From assembly GCA_043822305.1 (NCBI GenBank), contig JBDRBU010000009.1, forward strand, positions 1 through 19,661: a stretch of 19,661 bases of DNA, written 5' to 3'. The translations under genes and the position numbers were made by a program. The stretch is from Candidatus Firestoneibacteriota bacterium. GTDB lineage: Bacteria; Oederibacteriota; D2-FULL-39-29; JBDRBU01. This document shows positions 8,113 to 17,599 of the stretch, piece after piece. The notes below the pieces were generated by a model. The model was not told where the DNA came from and did not search any database. It saw nothing but the letters and a program-made list of their open reading frames with translations. The first letter of the stretch is position 1; the number at the start of each line of letters is the position of its first letter.

Positions 8113-9144
8113 TTATATCACAACCGGCTTACCGGTTTCTACTGACTTTATCTCAGAGAGTATTATCCTTAAAGACTCTCTTGCATCTAAAGGTGTAACA
8201 GTTGCAGGATATTTTTCTTGTTCTACGCATTTTAAGAAATATTGAATTTCCCTTATATAACCATCTCCTTCAGGTAAATTTGGTTGGATAGGTTCTTTAC
8301 CAGATTCATATACAGTCATAGGAACATTCATACAATTATATTCTATTGCACCTTTTTCAAAAAGAGCCAGGAATGCCATTCTAAATGGAAATTTTTCTGG
8401 AAAAGCAAAACCACCCTCTGCATAAACTGAAGGTCCTTTATTATAGAAATATTCAGTTATAATATGGTCTACCCCTTTTGTAACTTTCTTTGCTCCAAGT
8501 GATGCAACTTTATCTGGCTTACCACATATATATAGAATAAAATCTGCATCGTGAATATGTAAATCCAATGCTGCTGATAAACTTTTTTTACTGTTTAAAA
8601 TCCAATTATTCCATGTCCATGTTGGTGTTGGTGAATATCTCGTAAAACTCATAGAAAGTAGTTTACCTAAAGATTTATTATCTATTATTTGTTTTAAAAC
8701 AACATACTCAGGCCAGAATCTTATAACATGGGCAACCATAAATTTTATTTTTGCTTTTTTCACAACTTTAATCATTTCGTCTGCATCTTTTAAATTAGTA
8801 GTAATTGGTTTCTCGCAAAGTACATTCTTTCCGCCTCTTGCACATTTTATCACTGCATCTTTATGTAGATATGTAGGCAGACAAACATCAATAATTTCGA
8901 TATTTTTATCAGCAATCAAATTTTCCAATTTATTGTAAAATTTTATATCATTTGGATTAAATGAAACTGGCTTAGCCGATTCAATTTGAATATTACCTCC
9001 TGTTGCTTCACCTTTTACCATTTTTTTAGCTTTTTCAGTATCAAGGTCACATATAGCCACTACTTCTGCACCCGTTATTTTACAATAGGCCCCATAGTGA
9101 ACTCCACCTATAAATCCTGTTCCAACAATTCCTACTTTTGGCAT
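8113..9144 (-). CDS. Gfo/Idh/MocA-family NAD(P)-dependent oxidoreductase
   Basis: VGIVGTGFIG, CLPTYLH, VLCEKP, AHVIRFWPEY, DLHIHDAD. The ATG at 9144 follows a GGGGGT RBS (the ORF track starts at 9150). Confidence 0.92.
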   Translation of the reverse strand: MPKVGIVGTGFIGGVHYGAYCKITGAEVVAICDLDTEKAKKMVKGEATGGNIQIESAKPVSFNPNDIKFYNKLENLIADKNIEIIDVCLPTYLHKDAVIKCARGGKNVLCEKPITTNLKDADEMIKVVKKAKIKFMVAHVIRFWPEYVVLKQIIDNKSLGKLLSMSFTRYSPTPTWTWNNWILNSKKSLSAALDLHIHDADFILYICGKPDKVASLGAKKVTKGVDHIITEYFYNKGPSVYAEGGFAFPEKFPFRMAFLALFEKGAIEYNCMNVPMTVYESGKEPIQPNLPEGDGYIREIQYFLKCVEQEKYPATVTPLDARESLRIILSEIKSVETGKPVVI

Positions 9145-9153
9145 AAGCACCCC

Positions 9154-10014
9154 CTATTTTCTGCCTAATATTGCATCCATGGCCTTTGAAGTATTTCCTA
9201 ATCTTACCTCTGGATAAAATCTATACCCTGGTATCATCTCTGCTACTAAATATCCATCATAGCCAACTTCTTTTAATGCTTTTATAACTTCAGGCCAGTT
9301 GACATCACCTTCAAGTAAATCTACAAATCCATTTGTTCCACCATGACCACAAGCAAATCTAAAATCTTTTAAATGAACCTTTTTAATTCTTTTGCCTAAA
9401 ATTTTAATCCATTGCTCAGGATAACCAAAAGGCAGAACATTACCAACATCAAAATATACTCCCAAATAATTACTTTTAAATGAATCAACAAAATCTTTTA
9501 CTTCAACCGGGCTTAAGAAAAATTTATTCCAAACATTCTCTAAACCAATACACACTTTATATTTTTCTGCAATAGGAACTAACTTTTTTAAACCTTCTTT
9601 AACTCTATTATACACATCATCATATGAAACAATCTCTGCACTTGGATTAAAGAAAACATCTACCGCACCAGGGACCACTAATATTGTATCAACCTTCAGA
9701 TACGAAGCTAATTCTAACATTTTCTCAACTACTTTTCCTGCTTTTTCTCTATCAGCTTTCTTAGAAGAACCTAAGTTATAACTCCAGAATATCCCTGTAG
9801 CCAGACTGCTAATACAAATGCCTGCTTTTTTTGCTTCGTTTAAAAAACTTTCACAATCACTTTTAGTAGTCTTTAAGGACACTTCCCCTTCTTCAAACAT
9901 ACAAAGTTCTATACCTTCAAATCCATATTTTTTTGCCTCATTTATCGCTTCTTTTAAACTTTTCTTGCCTTCTAACCCGCCTGGAAACGACCAATAATTT
10001 ATTGCTTTTTTCAT
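9154..10014 (-). CDS. Sugar phosphate isomerase/epimerase (xylose-isomerase-like TIM barrel)
   Basis: GFEGIEL, ILVVPG, IGLENVWNKF, YFDVGN, VHLKDF, GDVNW, GYDGYLVAE. Confidence 0.9.
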   Translation of the reverse strand: MKKAINYWSFPGGLEGKKSLKEAINEAKKYGFEGIELCMFEEGEVSLKTTKSDCESFLNEAKKAGICISSLATGIFWSYNLGSSKKADREKAGKVVEKMLELASYLKVDTILVVPGAVDVFFNPSAEIVSYDDVYNRVKEGLKKLVPIAEKYKVCIGLENVWNKFFLSPVEVKDFVDSFKSNYLGVYFDVGNVLPFGYPEQWIKILGKRIKKVHLKDFRFACGHGGTNGFVDLLEGDVNWPEVIKALKEVGYDGYLVAEMIPGYRFYPEVRLGNTSKAMDAILGRK

Positions 10015-10940
10015 GATTTACCTCCATTTTGCAAATATTTTTCAATCATTGCACTAACATACGCACCATCTCCAACTGCAGTCGCAACCTGTCTTAGTTC
10101 AGTATTCCTTACATCCCCTATCGCATATATACCCGAAATTGAAGATTCCAAATATTGATTTGTTATTATATAACCTTTTTCATCTAATTTCAATAGATTT
10201 TTACAGAAATCAGTATTAGGTGTTTGACCTATGGCTATAAAAATACCATCCATCTTTAACTCTGTAACTTTATTATCCTTCACATTGTTTATAATTACAG
10301 ATTCTACTTTATTTTCTCCACAAATTTTAATGACCATACTACTTAAAACTGTTTTGGTCTTAGGATTATCTTTAATTCTCTCCTGTAATATTTTTACGGC
10401 CCTAAACTCGTCTCGACGATGAATAACATAAACTTCTTTTGCAAATCTTGTTAAAAATAATGCTTCTTCTAATGCAGAATTTCCACCGCCTACAACCGCA
10501 ATGACTTGCTCCTTGAAAAATGCACCATCACAAGTAGCACAAAAAGAAACACCTTTACCAATTAATCTTTCTTCTCCATCTACATTTAAATGTTGATAAG
10601 TTGAACCGCTGGCCACAACTACTGCTCGGCTAATATACTCGTTTTTGTTAGCAACTATCTTAAAAAGATTATTTTCTTTTTTTATGCTTTTAACTTCCTC
10701 AAAAATAAATTCTGCACCAAACTTTTTAGACTGAGAATCTAATTTACTGGCTAGTTCAAAACCGTTTATGCCATCCGAAAATCCCGGATAGTTTTCTAAA
10801 TTATCTATAACCAATAATTTTCCGCCTAGAGTAACTTTCTCCATGACTAAAGTTTTTATTTTAGCTCTTCCTAAATATATTGCACTCGTTAAACCTGCTG
10901 GGCCTGCACCTATTATTATTACATCATAACTTAGATTCAT
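10011..10940 (-). CDS. trxB: Thioredoxin-disulfide reductase
   Basis: IIGAGPAGL, ENYPG, GVSFCATCDG, VVGGGNSALEEA, HRRDEFRA, IYAIGDV, RQVATAVGDG. Confidence 0.95.
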   Translation of the reverse strand: MNLSYDVIIIGAGPAGLTSAIYLGRAKIKTLVMEKVTLGGKLLVIDNLENYPGFSDGINGFELASKLDSQSKKFGAEFIFEEVKSIKKENNLFKIVANKNEYISRAVVVASGSTYQHLNVDGEERLIGKGVSFCATCDGAFFKEQVIAVVGGGNSALEEALFLTRFAKEVYVIHRRDEFRAVKILQERIKDNPKTKTVLSSMVIKICGENKVESVIINNVKDNKVTELKMDGIFIAIGQTPNTDFCKNLLKLDEKGYIITNQYLESSISGIYAIGDVRNTELRQVATAVGDGAYVSAMIEKYLQNGGKS

Positions 10941-13195
10941 TTTAAAAGCATCTCACGAATAATCATCTCTTTTTTTAATCTTTCATTCTCTTGTTGCAAC
11001 GCGTTTAAATTCTGACTTACTATTTCATTTTCTTTCTTTAGTTTTTCCTCTAAAAATTTAAGTTTGTTTTCATATTCTTTCTTTAAGCTTTCTACTTCTT
11101 TGTTTTTGGATTCAATTTCTTTTTTAATTTTATCTTCTTTTGCATAAGTTAATTCTTTAACTTTACTAATTTCTTCATCTTTTTGTTTAATCTTTTCTAA
11201 TAATACAGCACTCTCTTCTTTTGAACTTTTTATTACTTCCTCAATCACAATTTGTTGTTCTTCTTTAATTTTCTCATCTTCTTTTTGCTTCTTTAATGTA
11301 CTATCACTAAATTCTTTTCTTATAGTAGCAATCTCTAAATCTTTTTTATAAATAACATCTTTAAGTTCATTAAACCTTTGTTTAATAATACTATCCTGTT
11401 CTTTTAGTATTCCTGTTTTCTCAAGTTCAAATAGTTTCTCTTTTTTCTTTACTTCTTTTACATTTTTTTCTTCTAATTCCTGGGCACAGATTGATCCTTC
11501 TTGTAATTTCTCGTTTAATTTGTTGTTTTTTTCTTTCAATGTTTCTAAATTAATTCTTAACTTACTATTTTCAAAATTTAATTTGTTTATAGTCTCCAAA
11601 TGCTCTCTGGCCTGTTTTTCAAAAGCACCTTTTTTAATCAAAATCTTTTCTTTTTCTTCTAATCCTTCGTTTAATTTATATTCCAAATCTTTTAAAGTAG
11701 ATTTCAGCTTGTTATTTGTTTCCTCTAACTCTTTAATCTTTTTCTCAAAATTATTGTTTTTGGAAATTATTTTCTCATTTTTCTCACTTAAATCATCAAT
11801 GTTTGTTCTTAATTCTATTTCTTTTTGGTTTAATGCTATTTTTAAACTAGCAATTTCACTATTTTCGTTATCTATAATTTCGTCTTTTTCTTTAATACTG
11901 GCTTCATGATTTTTTTCTTGATTTTCTTTCTTAACTAAATATTCCTGCCATATTCTTTCAATTTTTACTTTTGAATTAGATTCCAAACTCTCGGTTTCTT
12001 TTGAATGCTTTTCTTTTAACTCATTTATTTTATTCTCAAATTCTTCCTTGAGATTATTTAATTCTTGTTCTTTAACATTACCTAATTCTTGTTTTTTAAC
12101 ATTCATTCCTTCTTTTAAATTCTCGATTTTTGTTTTTTCCTCTTTTAAATCTGCCTCACTCTTTATCAATTTATTTTGGAGTGATTGCATATCTAACATC
12201 AATTTTTTAATTACTTTTTCATGTTCTTCTTGGATTTGAAGTAGTCTTTTGGTGTTTTCATTTAAAACAAAACCAATTTCTTTTTCTTTAATTTTTAAAA
12301 CTGTCCCTTTATCATCTATGGCTTTAATCAAATCAGACTCTTTTTCGATCAACTTTTGTTCGTATCTTTTTATTAAATCTTCATTCTGTTTGATAATATT
12401 CTCCTCTTCTTCAATGTGAGCATCTCTTAATTCCTTCACTTGAGAAACATATTTTTTCTCCACATCTTTCTCGAGTTCTAATTTTCTTATAGATAATTCT
12501 CTTTTTATGAAATATTCTTTTTCTTCCTCATATTTTGATTTTACATTTTTTATCTCATTATCCTTGGTTTTCATCTCACTTTGAATATAATAAATCTTGC
12601 TTTTCAACTGATTAATTTCGTCTTTATATCTGCCTTCTTTTTCTGCAATATCTAACATTAACTTATTTTCATCCTGAATGGCCTTTGCCATTTCAATCTC
12701 TTGTGATTTTATCTTTTTCTCAAGATTATTGTTTTTGAAAATTATTTCCTCATTTCCCTTAGTCTTAAACTCAAATTTTTCACTTAAATCCTTAATCTTT
12801 GTTCTTAATTCTATTTTTAAACTAGAGATTTCATTATTTTTATTATTTATAACTTCATCTTTTTCTTTAATCCTGCTTTCGTAACTTTTTACTTGATTTT
12901 CTTTCTTAACCGAATATTCTCGCTCTATTTTTCCAATCTTTATTTTAGAATCAAAATTAAACCTCTTGGTTTCTTTTGAATGCTTTTCTTTTAAATTTCT
13001 ATTTTTTACTTTTTCCTCTTTTAAATTTGCATCACTCTTTATCAACTTATTTTGAAGTGATTGCATATCTAACATCAATTTTTTGATTACTTTCTCATAT
13101 TCTTCTTTAATTTTTAAAACTATCTCTTTATCTTCTCTGGATTCAAGTAATTCAGACTCTTTTTTAACTAATTCTTGTTCGTATTTTTCCTCCAT
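10937..13195 (-). CDS. Long Lys/Glu-rich coiled-coil protein with a large internal duplication
   Basis: About 750 codons, almost no Pro. ATG at 13195 has an AGGAG RBS (the ORF track starts at TTG 13216). The stop overlaps the trxB start (ATGA). Confidence 0.8.
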   Translation of the reverse strand: MEEKYEQELVKKESELLESREDKEIVLKIKEEYEKVIKKLMLDMQSLQNKLIKSDANLKEEKVKNRNLKEKHSKETKRFNFDSKIKIGKIEREYSVKKENQVKSYESRIKEKDEVINNKNNEISSLKIELRTKIKDLSEKFEFKTKGNEEIIFKNNNLEKKIKSQEIEMAKAIQDENKLMLDIAEKEGRYKDEINQLKSKIYYIQSEMKTKDNEIKNVKSKYEEEKEYFIKRELSIRKLELEKDVEKKYVSQVKELRDAHIEEEENIIKQNEDLIKRYEQKLIEKESDLIKAIDDKGTVLKIKEKEIGFVLNENTKRLLQIQEEHEKVIKKLMLDMQSLQNKLIKSEADLKEEKTKIENLKEGMNVKKQELGNVKEQELNNLKEEFENKINELKEKHSKETESLESNSKVKIERIWQEYLVKKENQEKNHEASIKEKDEIIDNENSEIASLKIALNQKEIELRTNIDDLSEKNEKIISKNNNFEKKIKELEETNNKLKSTLKDLEYKLNEGLEEKEKILIKKGAFEKQAREHLETINKLNFENSKLRINLETLKEKNNKLNEKLQEGSICAQELEEKNVKEVKKKEKLFELEKTGILKEQDSIIKQRFNELKDVIYKKDLEIATIRKEFSDSTLKKQKEDEKIKEEQQIVIEEVIKSSKEESAVLLEKIKQKDEEISKVKELTYAKEDKIKKEIESKNKEVESLKKEYENKLKFLEEKLKKENEIVSQNLNALQQENERLKKEMIIREMLLK

Positions 13196-13221
13196 ATCTT
13201 TCTCCTGTTTTAACAAATGGA

Positions 13222-13245
13222 GTCGGAGTCGTCCCTGACCCCGAC
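13222..13245 (-). terminator. GC-rich hairpin downstream of tRNA-Ser(GCU)
   Basis: GTCGGGGTC-AGGGAC-GACTCCGAC with a weak U-tract. Confidence 0.4.
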
Positions 13246-13254
13246 ATACTTTTT

Positions 13255-13275
13255 GTAATTCGTAATTCGCAATTA
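13255..13275. repeat. Heptamer tandem repeat (GTAATTC-like, 3 units)
   Basis: GTAATTC GTAATTC GCAATTA. Confidence 0.75.
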
Positions 13276-13280
13276 TTAAT

Positions 13281-13374
13281 TGGCGGAGAAGCCGGGATTT
13301 GAACCCGGGGTACCCTTATAAGGGGTACAACCGCTTAGCAGGCGGTTGCCTTAAGCCAGCTCGGCCACCTCTCC
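13281..13374 (-). tRNA. tRNA-Ser(GCU)
   Basis: 94 nt, GGAGAGG..CTTCTCC-GCCA; anticodon arm ACCGC-CTGCTAA-GCGGT; long variable arm; G discriminator. Confidence 0.96.
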
Positions 13375-13385
13375 AAGTAATTGAT

Positions 13386-13394
13386 ATTATAGCA
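13386..13394 (-). promoter_or_regulatory. Extended -10 promoter of tRNA-Ser(GCU)
   Basis: TGCTATAAT ends 11 nt upstream of the tRNA 5' end. Confidence 0.55.
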
Positions 13395-13515
13395 TAATTA
13401 ATTTTAAAGATATAGTTTTTTTGTAATAAAAAGGAAAGTGCCAGGACTTGTTCGCACCATAAAATTATAAAATCAAACAAGAATCAAGTGTTTCAATTTT
13501 TTTTAATTCAGATAC

Positions 13516-14574
13516 TTATCTGGTTATCAAATCAATACCTTTAACTATATAAACTTTATGTAAACCAGACTTACCTCTTATGCTTACTGGTTCAGTTTCT
13601 ATAACCTCTATCTTATCCCTTATCTTTTCGTAGATATCACTTCCAATTAAAGTAGCACCAATTCCAGCCATCATTGATAATCTACTGGCTATATTGACCG
13701 TATCTCCTATTACAGTAAATTCCATTCTTTCTTCTGAACCAATAGTTCCAATAACCGCATTTCCAGAATTTATTCCAATACCAAGACCAACCTCGAGAGA
13801 TCCTAATAACTTAATATTTGCCTCTTCTAATATAACATCAAAAACTTTGTGAATTTCTAACGCGGCACTTACTGCTCTTAACTCATGACTAAGTGATTCA
13901 CCTTCAACATGTCTAGAAACTTCAAAACTGGCCATTACCGCATCACCTATAAACTTATTTATAATGCCATCATGTTCATGTACTATCTTTGTAACATTTT
14001 TTAAATAACTATTTAAAAATATAATAATATCATCAGAAGTAATTTTCTCGCATAGAGCCGTAAAGTTTCTTATATCCGTGAATAAAACTGTAACATTTCT
14101 TACTTCACCTTTTAATTCAGGTATCGTATGTCCATAACTGGTTTTTAAATCAGTAAATCTTGCAATCGTATTTTCTAAATCTATATTCCTTTTATTTAGA
14201 GATAAAATCTTATCAGTTAAGGTGATTATCAACGAAAATATTTTATTCTTTCCATTTTTAATATCTTTCGGTTTTTCAGTCTTATGTTCTAAAGTAAGAA
14301 GCCCTTTGTTCTGTAAAAGAACTACAATTTCATGTATCAAATTAAATAACTCATTTTTTACGCTTAATTTAGAAAGAATAAAAGGAACTAGGCCTGCTAT
14401 TAAAACCCCGGCAACTATACTCGCACTTAAAACCTTTATTAAGTTTACATCTATACTCAGGATATTCCCTGGTACAAACAATAACTTTATTATTAAAAAT
14501 ATTAAAAGACCAATAAATATTCCATACAAGATAAATTCTTTCAATAAAATTTTCCTTAACTTTTCCTTTGGCAT
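13516..14574 (-). CDS. Class III adenylate cyclase with two N-terminal transmembrane helices
   Basis: VLFTDIRNFT, KFIGDAVMA, GIGINSG, FTVIGDTVNIASRL, IRGK. Lys/Thr specificity residues indicate ATP. ATG at 14574 follows AGGAG. Confidence 0.92.
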   Translation of the reverse strand: MPKEKLRKILLKEFILYGIFIGLLIFLIIKLLFVPGNILSIDVNLIKVLSASIVAGVLIAGLVPFILSKLSVKNELFNLIHEIVVLLQNKGLLTLEHKTEKPKDIKNGKNKIFSLIITLTDKILSLNKRNIDLENTIARFTDLKTSYGHTIPELKGEVRNVTVLFTDIRNFTALCEKITSDDIIIFLNSYLKNVTKIVHEHDGIINKFIGDAVMASFEVSRHVEGESLSHELRAVSAALEIHKVFDVILEEANIKLLGSLEVGLGIGINSGNAVIGTIGSEERMEFTVIGDTVNIASRLSMMAGIGATLIGSDIYEKIRDKIEVIETEPVSIRGKSGLHKVYIVKGIDLITR

Positions 14575-14669
14575 TTTACATCTTCTCCTTGGCAAACACA
14601 ACTACAACCAATTCGCGCCACATCACTAATTTCAGCCAATATTGCTATTTCACTGACTGACTGTTTACC

Positions 14670-14698
14670 ATTATATATAAAAATCTCGAAAAAAGCAA
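14670..14698 (-). promoter_or_regulatory. sigma70-type promoter of the cyclase gene
   Basis: TTGCTT, 17 bp spacer, TATAAT. Confidence 0.6.
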
Positions 14699-14787
14699 CC
14701 AAATTATACTGTCTGGCATGAACAATACAGCGATTTCTGGAGATAAAATATTCAAAATATATTGCCTCTTCCTATGAGGACAACACC

Positions 14788-16740
14788 TTATTCCAACACT
14801 TTTACAAAAGTTGCAACTATACCAAAATCTCCGGGAATAACATTTTCCAAAACAATATCCTTAAAATCATTGTTTTCTGGCTTTAATGTTATCCTTTTGT
14901 GAAACCATGTCCCATCTTTTAAATTCTCTTTATCACTCGAATACCATTTTACAGTATACCTTTGACCGTCTTCTGGATCTGAAATCAGATTCGAGACAAC
15001 CAAAACCACTTGTCCGTTTCTCGTTCCTCCGGATTCCAATTTAAAAATACAATAACTATTAAGAGAAGCATCTGTCTTTGCGCGTTGTTCAGGACATGTC
15101 ATTACTTTTCCATTTCTAACAATTAAGTCTTTACCAACAATAACTCCAACATAATCCAAATCGAGACCTTGACATGTATGAATGCACCCCACTTCTTTAA
15201 CAGACTCCGGCATAACTATCCATAAACTGCCATCACTCGAAAGATTCCATTTCATGGAAAACTTGTGTTTGGAAAATTCAATATCGTATAAATCTGTATT
15301 TTTCTTGCTGATCCAATTCCAGCAATAACCGGCAACAATTCTGGCTTTATTATTGATTTTATTCTTTTTAAATATAATATCTCTTAACTCAATAGGCGAA
15401 TCCACAACTTTAAAATCATACTCATTATCATTCAAATAGACATTGGCTGTTTCTCTTTTTTGAAGTGTATTGTCTAACCAGTCAAGATATCCGTTGGAAC
15501 CATTACAGCGAAACTGCGAAGAAAGACTTAAATATTGAATTTCAGCTTTATATTCCTTCGCCCATTTCTTTATTTCTTCCTTTGAGCCATTATCTTTAAA
15601 AGTTACTCTTTGATCTTCATCAATAAAAAATACAGCACTCTTTGCAGAGTATATTATTTCTTTAATTTGATTTTCCCCCTGGTTTTGAAACATTCCCGAC
15701 TTTTTGTTGAGCCTATGTGCTTCATCAACAATAAGCATATCGAAAATATCTCGATCACATTTAGTAAACGCCCCTGAACCACAAAACAGGTTTGATATTC
15801 TTGACTTAGTAAAACTACTTGTTAGTTTACTTTCATATACACTTCTTGGAGCTGCATTTTTCGTCACATATCGAGCATTTAGTCTTTTGTTGATGAGAGT
15901 CACTAATAGATTAACAGCAATAACTGATTTTCCTGTTCCTGGGCCACCTTCAACTATTAAAACTTGCTTTGGCTTTTTATTTACAAGGTCAAGAGCATTT
16001 TCATAAACTATTTTTTGATCATCAATCATTAAAAATTCTTGATTCCCCTTCAACATAGATAAAAGTGAATCAGCAAGATTTTTTGATGGGCGGATTCTTC
16101 CATTCTCTATTAAATATAGTGTATCAGAAGAATCACCATATTTAATAAATTGTTTTATAAAATCACGGAGTTTATGTGCATCATTTTTTAAAAAAACAGG
16201 TGCTTTTTCTATATGCTTAGAATAGAATTCATCAGTAATAACATTGTCTGGCTTATAATTATGTAAATATGCACAAGGTTTTAATGCTATTCCATTATCT
16301 CGTACCGATTCATTATAATCTTCAAGAAGAGCAGCATATGACCATGCTTGATAACTGGGATGCTCCTTTTCTTGCATCATGCCATTCATCCACGTTGTTA
16401 CAATGGCATCTTTATGCGTTAACTTAGCGGTCTCCCATTGTTTAAGTTCAATGATAACAAGCGAAGATCCAGATTTGTCATTCTTGCCACTGATAATAAA
16501 ATCCACTCTTTTATTAGAAGAAGGTATTACATACTCGATTGCCACACCAGTATCGTCAGGAATTTCGGAATCGTACAAAACCTTGTCCATAAATTGCAAA
16601 GAGTTTTTATAAGCTCTAACATGCGAATCACTTGTTCCTGATACTCTTTTGTTTTTTAATGACTTAATAAGTTTTTCGATAACGATATTATTCAACATAT
16701 CTTCGGTAAATTCTTTTTTTGTTGCGGAATATATTATCAT
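14788..16740 (-). CDS. DUF2075 (Schlafen group-3-like) nuclease-helicase with a partial S24-like C-terminal domain; probable in-frame internal deletion
   Basis: PD-(D/E)xK-like RVDFII..VIIELKQW, HPSYQAWSY, Walker A GGPGTGKS, Walker B IVDEAH, QFRCNGS, GCIHTCQGLDLDY. Tail YCIFK..GGTRNGQVVLV..YTVKWY..ITLKPEN. Confidence 0.85.
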   Translation of the reverse strand: MIIYSATKKEFTEDMLNNIVIEKLIKSLKNKRVSGTSDSHVRAYKNSLQFMDKVLYDSEIPDDTGVAIEYVIPSSNKRVDFIISGKNDKSGSSLVIIELKQWETAKLTHKDAIVTTWMNGMMQEKEHPSYQAWSYAALLEDYNESVRDNGIALKPCAYLHNYKPDNVITDEFYSKHIEKAPVFLKNDAHKLRDFIKQFIKYGDSSDTLYLIENGRIRPSKNLADSLLSMLKGNQEFLMIDDQKIVYENALDLVNKKPKQVLIVEGGPGTGKSVIAVNLLVTLINKRLNARYVTKNAAPRSVYESKLTSSFTKSRISNLFCGSGAFTKCDRDIFDMLIVDEAHRLNKKSGMFQNQGENQIKEIIYSAKSAVFFIDEDQRVTFKDNGSKEEIKKWAKEYKAEIQYLSLSSQFRCNGSNGYLDWLDNTLQKRETANVYLNDNEYDFKVVDSPIELRDIIFKKNKINNKARIVAGYCWNWISKKNTDLYDIEFSKHKFSMKWNLSSDGSLWIVMPESVKEVGCIHTCQGLDLDYVGVIVGKDLIVRNGKVMTCPEQRAKTDASLNSYCIFKLESGGTRNGQVVLVVSNLISDPEDGQRYTVKWYSSDKENLKDGTWFHKRITLKPENNDFKDIVLENVIPGDFGIVATFVKVLE

Positions 16741-16767
16741 TATTTTGTACCTGCTTTGATTTTGTAC

Positions 16768-17581
16768 TTAATTCTTATATATGTTTTCATTGTGCCATTT
16801 AAGATATTCTTCTTTTGGCATATCATTTTTGCTGGATGGTAAGTTCACCAACTCTTTACCCTGAAATTTATAATATTCTCTTCCATTTTCATATTCCTGT
16901 TTTATTCTTTTGCTTACTTTAACTTCATATTTTGGTGTTATTGTAATATAACCCTCATCGTAAAGTTTATGTATATCAGAACGCAATAATATTCCGTTAT
17001 AAACTTTATGCGGTCCGGACTTTGAAAATGGCTTTATATGCCCTGCTTCTAATACAGGTAATGTTCTTTCGCCTGTTATTGAACATTTTCTTAAGTATGC
17101 ATCCAAAATAGTTACTCTGAATGCTTTTTGTCCAGTCCTTACACGTGTCAAATACTCGGAATAATATATTGAATGATCCATGTTTTCTTCACACATGTTA
17201 GCATTTTCATCTTTAGTTCTTTCAAAAAAGTTAAGCTTTTTAAGTAAATTTTCCACCTTTTCCCAGCATATTTTACCGATTCCATCATACATTGAATAAC
17301 TCTTTCCGCTGACTATATTTCCACTCCAGTCTTTAGGTAGTTCAAGCCAATCATTCTTATCAAAGAATATCGGATCGGAGAGTATTATGCATCCAATTCT
17401 TGGATTATTTTCTTTGGAATCTTTCCTATATCTCATAATCATACTACGTAATTCTTCTAAACTATCACAGCCATTACTAACTTCAAGGTTTTGCCATGCT
17501 ATTGATAAAGGAAGAAACGAATTTCTTTTGTTTAAGAAATTCATACCAATCAATATCTGTATTTCCAATATAATATAACAT
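16768..17581 (-). pseudogene. HNH endonuclease (HNH_2-like, type IV restriction-like) with a frameshift near the 5' end
   Basis: C-terminal RTGQKAFR..AYLRKCSITG..LEAGHIKP..NGILLRSDIHKLYDEG..LKWH. The likely true start (GGAG RBS, ATG 17581, MLYYIGNTDIDWYEFLKQ) is out of frame with the long ORF and stops at 17483. Confidence 0.8.
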
Positions 17582-17599
17582 TATTTATAATACTCCAAG

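Noticed and set aside
10937..13216. SMC/SbcC ATPase
   Set aside because: No Walker A/B, signature or hinge motifs.
13516..14574. Cyclase as part of a Pycsar/CBASS-like system with the neighbouring cassette
   Set aside because: It is a standard membrane-anchored class III enzyme with ATP-specifying residues and its own promoter, and no adjacent effector gene is present.
14700..14790. att site (tRNA 3' duplicate) closing the defence cassette
   Set aside because: No match to the 3' end of either tRNA-Ser was found by eye, so the left boundary is undefined.
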